Translations under genes and position numbers: made by a program
In this document: positions 58,552-64,000 of the stretch, piece after piece
Layout of the letters: every line of letters begins with the position of its first letter
How positions within the stretch are numbered: the stretch's first letter is position 1
Assembly: GCA_905182225.1 (NCBI GenBank)
Contig: CAJJAJ010000003.1
Span: 6,886 to 70,885 of the forward strand
Reading direction: 5' to 3'
Length of the DNA stretch: 64,000 nucleotides
DNA from: an uncultured Aquiluna sp.
GTDB lineage: Bacteria; Actinomycetota; Actinomycetes; Actinomycetales; Microbacteriaceae
Notes under the pieces: model-generated
Told to the model about the DNA's origin: nothing
Database searches by the model: none
Seen by the model: only the letters and a program-made list of their open reading frames with translations

Positions 58552-60180
58552 ATGTCTCAAGGACCCCTGATCGTTCAAAGTGACAGAACCGTGCTTTTGG
58601 AAACAGACCACGCGGATGCCACAACAGCTCGTCATGAGCTTGCAATTTTTGCCGAACTAGAGCGAGCGCCTGAGCACATTCACACATATCGAATAACCAA
58701 ACTTGGCCTCTGGAACGCAAGGGCAGCCGGACACACCGCCGAGTACATTCTCAGCTCCTTGAGGAAATGGTCAAAGTTCGACATACCTCAGCTGGTGTCC
58801 TCAGAAATTGAGAACACCATTGCGCGATTTGGCAAACTCGAGATCGCAAGGGACGACCAAGGCCTAATCCTCACCTCGGATTCCAGGGCAGTTCTGGCTG
58901 AAGTAAGTTCTAATTCCAAAGTCGCTGAGCTCCTTGAGGGCGAAATCGAAAATGGCTACCGAGTGCGAGATTGGGCTAGAGGCGCACTAAAACAGCAGCT
59001 ACTTAAGCTCGGCTGGCCCGCCAACGACAATGCCGGATACACCAAAGGCGCCCCTTATCCAATCGAACTTAACCAACAAAACTGGTCGCTGCGCGGATAC
59101 CAACGAGAAGCAGCAGACAAGTTCGAACTCGGAGGTTCCGGTGTTGTGGTGCTGCCCTGCGGTGCCGGTAAGACCATGGTTGGCGCGGCAATTATGGCCG
59201 ACGTGAAGGCCAACACCCTTATCTTGGTAACCAACACCGTCGCAGCCAGACAGTGGCGCGACGAGCTACTTGAAAAAACAAGCCTTACCGAAGAGGACAT
59301 CGCCGAGTATTCAGGCAGTAGCAAGAATCTTGCCCCGGTAACAATAGCCACATACCAAATCTTGACAACCAAGCGCAAGAATGAATTCACCCACCTGGCG
59401 CTACTAAACGCTCGCGATTGGGGCCTGATTATTTACGACGAGGTGCACTTGTTGCCCGCGCCAATATTCAAAATGACCGCCGACCTTCAGGCAAGAAGAA
59501 GGCTTGGACTGACGGCCACATTGGTTAGAGAAGACGGTCGAGAGTCCGATGTGTTTTCCCTAATTGGCCCAAAGCGTTTCGACGCTCCTTGGAAAGACAT
59601 TGAGGCGCAAGGCTACATTGCACCGGCGAACTGCTTTGAAGTGCGCGTTTCCTTGCCCGATGAAGCCCGCATGGAATATGCAATCTCCGACCAGGAAAGC
59701 CGCTTCCGCATTGCTTCGACGGCAACCGCCAAACTTGCGATAATGCAAAAGATTCTTAAGAAGCACGAGGGTGAGCCGACTCTAATAATCGGACAATATT
59801 TGAGCCAGATTGCCGAAGTTGCGGAGGGCTTACGTGTTCCAAAGCTCACCGGTGAAACACCAGTTGATGTTCGCGAGGAACTTTTCCGAAGCTTCAGGAG
59901 CGGTGAAATTAGCACGTTGGTAGTTTCAAAGGTCGCAAACTTCTCAGTGGATCTGCCGGAAGCATCCGTTGCAATTCAGATATCGGGAGCCTTCGGCTCA
60001 AGGCAAGAGGAGGCCCAAAGACTGGGCCGCCTGCTTCGCCCAAAACAAGATGGCAGGTCTGCTGCGTTTTACACAATCGTTGCGGCCGACACCGTCGAGC
60101 AAGACTTTGCGCAAAACCGCCAGCGCTTTTTGGCTGAGCAGGGTTACTCATACGAGATTGTTGACGCGGAAAACTTGTAA
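58552..60180 (+). CDS. XPB/ERCC3-type SF2 DNA helicase
   Basis: Motifs VVLPCGAGKTMVGA, IIYDEVHLLPA, GLTATLVRED and SGAFGSRQEEAQRLGRLLR. Confidence 0.9.
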   Translation: MSQGPLIVQSDRTVLLETDHADATTARHELAIFAELERAPEHIHTYRITKLGLWNARAAGHTAEYILSSLRKWSKFDIPQLVSSEIENTIARFGKLEIARDDQGLILTSDSRAVLAEVSSNSKVAELLEGEIENGYRVRDWARGALKQQLLKLGWPANDNAGYTKGAPYPIELNQQNWSLRGYQREAADKFELGGSGVVVLPCGAGKTMVGAAIMADVKANTLILVTNTVAARQWRDELLEKTSLTEEDIAEYSGSSKNLAPVTIATYQILTTKRKNEFTHLALLNARDWGLIIYDEVHLLPAPIFKMTADLQARRRLGLTATLVREDGRESDVFSLIGPKRFDAPWKDIEAQGYIAPANCFEVRVSLPDEARMEYAISDQESRFRIASTATAKLAIMQKILKKHEGEPTLIIGQYLSQIAEVAEGLRVPKLTGETPVDVREELFRSFRSGEISTLVVSKVANFSVDLPEASVAIQISGAFGSRQEEAQRLGRLLRPKQDGRSAAFYTIVAADTVEQDFAQNRQRFLAEQGYSYEIVDAENL

Positions 60181-60228
60181 GAGGAAACTCCCAGAAAACT
60201 TCCAGCAAACTATCACACACTTAGGAGC

Positions 60229-60921
60229 ATGGAAATACTAAAAGTTCTAGTTGTAGATGATGAACCAAATATTCGTGACTTGCTCTCGGCAAGTCTTCGT
60301 TTCGCCGGGCACCAAGTTGCCACTGCGGCTAACGGAACTGACGCGATCAACATGATCACCGACACCAAGCCCGACATAGTGTTGCTCGACGTGATGCTTC
60401 CAGATATTTCCGGGTTCGGTGTAACCAAGAAAATCAGAGGAATGGGCATTGAAGTCCCGATTCTGTTCTTGACCGCGCGCGATGACACCGAGGATAAGAT
60501 CACGGGGCTCACTGTCGGCGGCGATGACTATGTGACTAAGCCATTTAGCTTGGATGAAATCATGGCGCGCATCTCGGCAATTATGCGAAGAACCAGCAAA
60601 GACGGACAAGACGGCTCGATGATTACGGTCGGAGAGCTTTCAATCAACGAAGACGCCCACGAGGTAACCGTTGGAGCGCAGGTGGTGGACCTGTCCCCCA
60701 CCGAGTACCAATTGCTTCGCTATCTAGCCACCAACCCAAATCGCGTTCTAACCAAGGCGCAAATTCTTGACCATGTCTGGGAATACGACTTCAATGGTGA
60801 GATGGGAATCGTCGAAAGCTACGTTTCATACCTTCGCAAGAAGCTAGACCCTCTTAGCCAGGAGCCGTTGATCATGACCAAACGCGGTGTTGGCTACCTG
60901 CTCAAGGGGCCAAAGGGCTAA
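60229..60921 (+). CDS. OmpR/PhoB-family response regulator
   Basis: Receiver domain VLVVDDEPNI...IVLLDVMLPDISG...LTARD and a winged-helix C-terminus (LTPTEYQLLRYL-like, TKRGVGYLL). Confidence 0.9.
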   Translation: MEILKVLVVDDEPNIRDLLSASLRFAGHQVATAANGTDAINMITDTKPDIVLLDVMLPDISGFGVTKKIRGMGIEVPILFLTARDDTEDKITGLTVGGDDYVTKPFSLDEIMARISAIMRRTSKDGQDGSMITVGELSINEDAHEVTVGAQVVDLSPTEYQLLRYLATNPNRVLTKAQILDHVWEYDFNGEMGIVESYVSYLRKKLDPLSQEPLIMTKRGVGYLLKGPKG

Positions 60922-60924
60922 TTC

Positions 60925-62379
60925 GTGAAACAGAAGTTTCTTGCAGGCTGGGCGCGAATCTCATTACGCGCCAAACTGACATCCTTATCGGTTGGTCTAA
61001 TAGGCATGCTCTTGGCGGTCTCGAGTGCTGGGACTATCGCGCTTTTAGGCACCTACCTGCAACAAAGTACTGACACTCTTTTGATCACAACAGCCAACGA
61101 GCTCCGAACTCAGGACCCTCTCAAGCTTGAAGCAAAGGTCGCGTCAGGACAGCTTGCTCTTCCCTCGCTACCCAGCGACTACTACATCGCCATTTTGGAT
61201 GCTGAGGGCAATCAATTTCTGGGGCTTATATCCTCGACCGGCGGTGGTCGAGCAATACCAAACTTTTCAAACCTGACGCTTGAAACCGTCATGGCAACCC
61301 AAGGCGCCCCGTTTGACATTGACGTCGAAAGCTCAAGGCGCATGGGAACCGAGTGGAGGATGATTGCTGTCCCTCTCCAGCTTGCAAGGGGCTCAGTAGT
61401 TATTGCATTGCCGACCAATTCAAACCGACAGATTTTGGCGGAGTACGCAGTGATCGGCGGCAGGTTCGGAATATTCTTAGTTGTACTTTCGGGCTTCAGT
61501 ATTTGGCTAACTATCACCTCAGCGCTTCGGCCGCTAAAAGAAGTTGAGCGAACGGCTGAGGCGGTTCAGGCAGGAAAATTTTCGTCTCGTCTGCTCTCCA
61601 AACACGGAAAGACTGAGATTGGTAGATTGAATAACGCCCTAAACAGCATGCTTGACAGTATCGAGGGCGCGGTCACCGGCCGGGATAAAACACTTGAGCA
61701 AATGCGCAGATTCGTCTCAGACGCAAGCCATGAGCTTCGCACACCGCTAGTAACAGTTCGAGGATACGCGGAGCTTTATCGCATGGGTGCAATTACCAAA
61801 AAACAGGATGTTGCCGAAGCGATGCAGCGAATCGAGAGTGAAGCGGTGCGCATGACGGGTCTCGTCGAGAGCCTGCTTACTCTGACTCGCATGGATGAGA
61901 GTGGAAATCTAGATCTAGTGGAGACCGACATTGCCAAGCTTGCGAGCCTAGTGGTCAAAGATGCTTCGGTCGCAAACCAAGATGTCAACTTCCGTGTTGT
62001 CAGATTAGGCAAGGACTTTGTCGCCGAGGTGGATTCTGACCGCGTAAAGCAGGTGCTAACGAACCTTGTTGCCAACGCCTCGCGTTTTGCACCGGCCGGA
62101 TCAGAGGTCAGCCTCGAGATTGACTCAGGCGGCAAGAACTTGAGCATCAAGGTAATTGACCACGGTGAGGGCATCCCGGAACCGCTGAGAGGCAAGGTGT
62201 TTGAGCGCTTTTATCGAGCTGATAATTCCAGAAACCGCAGCACCGGAGGGTCTGGACTCGGACTGGCAATCGCGAAATCAATCGTTACCGCTCACAACGG
62301 AGAAATTCGCGCAGAGGAGACTCCAGATGGTGGCTCCACTTTTGTAATTGAGCTTCCAACGAAGCAAACAACCAGCTAA
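60925..62379 (+). CDS. Sensor histidine kinase (2 TM, HAMP, HisKA, HATPase_c)
   Basis: H-box FVSDASHELRTPL, N-box LTNLVANASRF, and G-boxes IDHGEGI and GGSGLGLAI. Confidence 0.9.
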   Translation: MKQKFLAGWARISLRAKLTSLSVGLIGMLLAVSSAGTIALLGTYLQQSTDTLLITTANELRTQDPLKLEAKVASGQLALPSLPSDYYIAILDAEGNQFLGLISSTGGGRAIPNFSNLTLETVMATQGAPFDIDVESSRRMGTEWRMIAVPLQLARGSVVIALPTNSNRQILAEYAVIGGRFGIFLVVLSGFSIWLTITSALRPLKEVERTAEAVQAGKFSSRLLSKHGKTEIGRLNNALNSMLDSIEGAVTGRDKTLEQMRRFVSDASHELRTPLVTVRGYAELYRMGAITKKQDVAEAMQRIESEAVRMTGLVESLLTLTRMDESGNLDLVETDIAKLASLVVKDASVANQDVNFRVVRLGKDFVAEVDSDRVKQVLTNLVANASRFAPAGSEVSLEIDSGGKNLSIKVIDHGEGIPEPLRGKVFERFYRADNSRNRSTGGSGLGLAIAKSIVTAHNGEIRAEETPDGGSTFVIELPTKQTTS

Positions 62380-62392
62380 TCAACTTAAATAA

Positions 62393-62426
62393 GTAACGGG
62401 ACGGCCTAGGCCATCCCGTTACTTTT
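62393..62426. terminator. Bidirectional intrinsic terminator between the kinase gene and groEL
   Basis: A 9-bp stem GTAACGGGA...TCCCGTTAC spans 62393-62422. TTTT follows on the plus strand and TTATTT on the minus strand. Confidence 0.6.
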
Positions 62427-62437
62427 AGTACTTGACT

Positions 62438-64000
62438 TTAGAAGTCCATGCCGCCACTCGGGTCAGCAGGCATTGCCGCTGCTGGTTCAGGCTTTTCTGC
62501 CACAACCGCCTCGGTGGTCAAGAACAATCCAGCGATTGATGCGGCGTTCTGCAGGGCAGAGCGAGTTACCTTGACTGGGTCGTTGATGCCGGCCTTTAGC
62601 ATGTTGACGTATTCGCCAGTTGCAGCGTTTAGTCCTTCACCATCTGGCAAGTTAGCAACCTTCTCGGCAACAACACCAGGCTCTAGGCCAGCGTTGATGG
62701 CAATCTGCTTTAGAGGAGCAGAGATCGCAACGCGAACAATGTTTGCTCCGGTTGCCTCATCGCCCTTTAGCTTTAGCTTGTCAAGAGCAAGCTTTCCGGC
62801 CTGAAGTAGTGCTACTCCTCCACCGGCGACAATGCCCTCTTCGACTGCAGCCTTGGCATTGCGAACAGCATCCTCAATACGGTGCTTGCGCTCCTTGAGC
62901 TCTACCTCTGTGGCCGCTCCAGCCTTGATTACGGCTACACCGCCGGCAAGCTTCGCCAAGCGCTCCTGGAGCTTCTCACGGTCATAGTCAGAATCTGTCG
63001 TTGCGATTTCGCGCCTGATCTGCTCGACGCGACCCTTGATCTGGTCGCTGTCGCCAGCTCCTTCAACAATGGTGGTCTCGTCCTTGGTGATTACGACTTT
63101 GCGAGCGCGTCCCAACATGGAAAGCTCGGTGTTCTCAAGCTTTAGGCCTACTTCCTCGGCGATAACCTGGCCACCGGTCAAAATCGCGATGTCCTGCAAC
63201 ATAGCCTTGCGACGATCTCCGAAGCCCGGAGCCTTGACGGCCACTGACTTGAAGATTCCGCGGATCTTGTTTACTACCAAAGTTGCAAGGGCTTCGCCTT
63301 CAATGTCCTCGCTGATGATCAAAAGCGGCTTTGCAGCCTGCATGACCTTGTCAACGATTGGAAGCAAGTCCTTCATGTTGGAAATCTTGTTGTTTACGAT
63401 TAATACGTAGGCGTCCTCCAGGATTGCCTCTTGGCGTTCCGGGTCAGTGACCATGTATGCAGAGACGTAACCCTTGTCAAAGCGCATTCCCTCGGTTAGC
63501 TCAAGGTGAATACCGAAGGTGTTTGACTCCTCAACGGTTACTACGCCCTCTTTACCAACCTTGTCGATTGCTTCGGCGATGATGTCACCAATTACTGAGT
63601 CGCCAGCGGAGATAGAGGCGGTTGCCGCAATCTGCTCCTTGGTCTCTACAGGGACGGCCATCTTGATCAAGGCTTCGATCACTGCGTCGGAGGCCTTTTC
63701 GATGCCGCGCTTGAGGCTGATTGGGTCAGCGCCTGCCGCAACGTTTCTTAGGCCCTCTTTCACAAGAGCCTGAGCTAGAACAGTCGCTGTGGTGGTTCCG
63801 TCTCCGGCCACGTCGTCTGTCTTCTTGGCAACTTCTTTTACTAGCTCAGCGCCAATTCTTTCGAACGGATCGCTTAGCTCAATTTCCTTGGCGATTGAAA
63901 CGCCATCGTTGGTGATAGTAGGTGCGCCCCACTTTTTCTCCAACACAACATTGCGACCACGTGGTCCAAGGGTCACCTTGACGGTGTCGGCCAGAATGTT
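62438..64000 (-). CDS. groEL: Chaperonin GroEL; 5'-partial, N-terminus beyond the window end
   Basis: The frame is open to nt 64000 ([20 protein letters not shown]...). Also present are the [11 protein letters not shown] motif and the C-terminal tail PSGGMDF. Confidence 0.97.
   Translation of the reverse strand, partial: NILADTVKVTLGPRGRNVVLEKKWGAPTITNDGVSIAKEIELSDPFERIGAELVKEVAKKTDDVAGDGTTTATVLAQALVKEGLRNVAAGADPISLKRGIEKASDAVIEALIKMAVPVETKEQIAATASISAGDSVIGDIIAEAIDKVGKEGVVTVEESNTFGIHLELTEGMRFDKGYVSAYMVTDPERQEAILEDAYVLIVNNKISNMKDLLPIVDKVMQAAKPLLIISEDIEGEALATLVVNKIRGIFKSVAVKAPGFGDRRKAMLQDIAILTGGQVIAEEVGLKLENTELSMLGRARKVVITKDETTIVEGAGDSDQIKGRVEQIRREIATTDSDYDREKLQERLAKLAGGVAVIKAGAATEVELKERKHRIEDAVRNAKAAVEEGIVAGGGVALLQAGKLALDKLKLKGDEATGANIVRVAISAPLKQIAINAGLEPGVVAEKVANLPDGEGLNAATGEYVNMLKAGINDPVKVTRSALQNAASIAGLFLTTEAVVAEKPEPAAAMPADPSGGMDF

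Overview
The window reads as a chromosomal segment of a mid-GC actinobacterium. Gene content suggests Micrococcales or Microbacteriaceae, but that is inference from gene content only. Coding density is high and nearly all genes are housekeeping.

Gene order matches, from memory, several Mycobacterium tuberculosis neighbourhoods:
- ychF, rmuC, fba, ispH, xseAB, fumC, phoH2, a Z-prenyl synthase, hemolysin-III and greA.
- eno, ftsB, DUF501, mazG, mfd, pth, rplY, prs and glmU.
- ispE, rsmA, tatD, metG, rsmI and pmt.
- rimJ, 5-FCL and FmdB.
- serC, DUF2530, DUF3027, csp, a Helicase_C_3 protein and XPB.

Both window ends cut genes: a CaCA antiporter at the left and groEL at the right. There are three tRNAs, and no rRNA, CRISPR array, transposase or integrase.

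I found no clear multi-gene novel system. The observations most worth follow-up are:
1. A 76-nt tRNA with anticodon UAA (Leu) but a class-I 5-nt variable loop (18718-18793).
2. A 1233-aa DUF4011/Upf1-like helicase-like protein in which every ATPase motif I could place is degenerate and no GK[ST] P-loop exists (47790-51491).
3. A roughly 1.4-kb segment carrying an unknown polytopic membrane protein. It is bracketed by the real 3' end of a Lys/Ala-rich repeat gene and a decayed copy of that 3' end (43989-45455).
4. A 284-bp spacer upstream of a conserved HNH gene. It holds a strong intrinsic terminator, a Shine-Dalgarno-led small ORF and five copies of a GCTGGCA heptamer (52762-53045).
5. A decayed TetR gene with intact-looking palindromic operators next to a HisRS gene (25045-25613).

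Start codons were refined by eye from RBS position, overlaps and family N-termini, and are less certain than stops.
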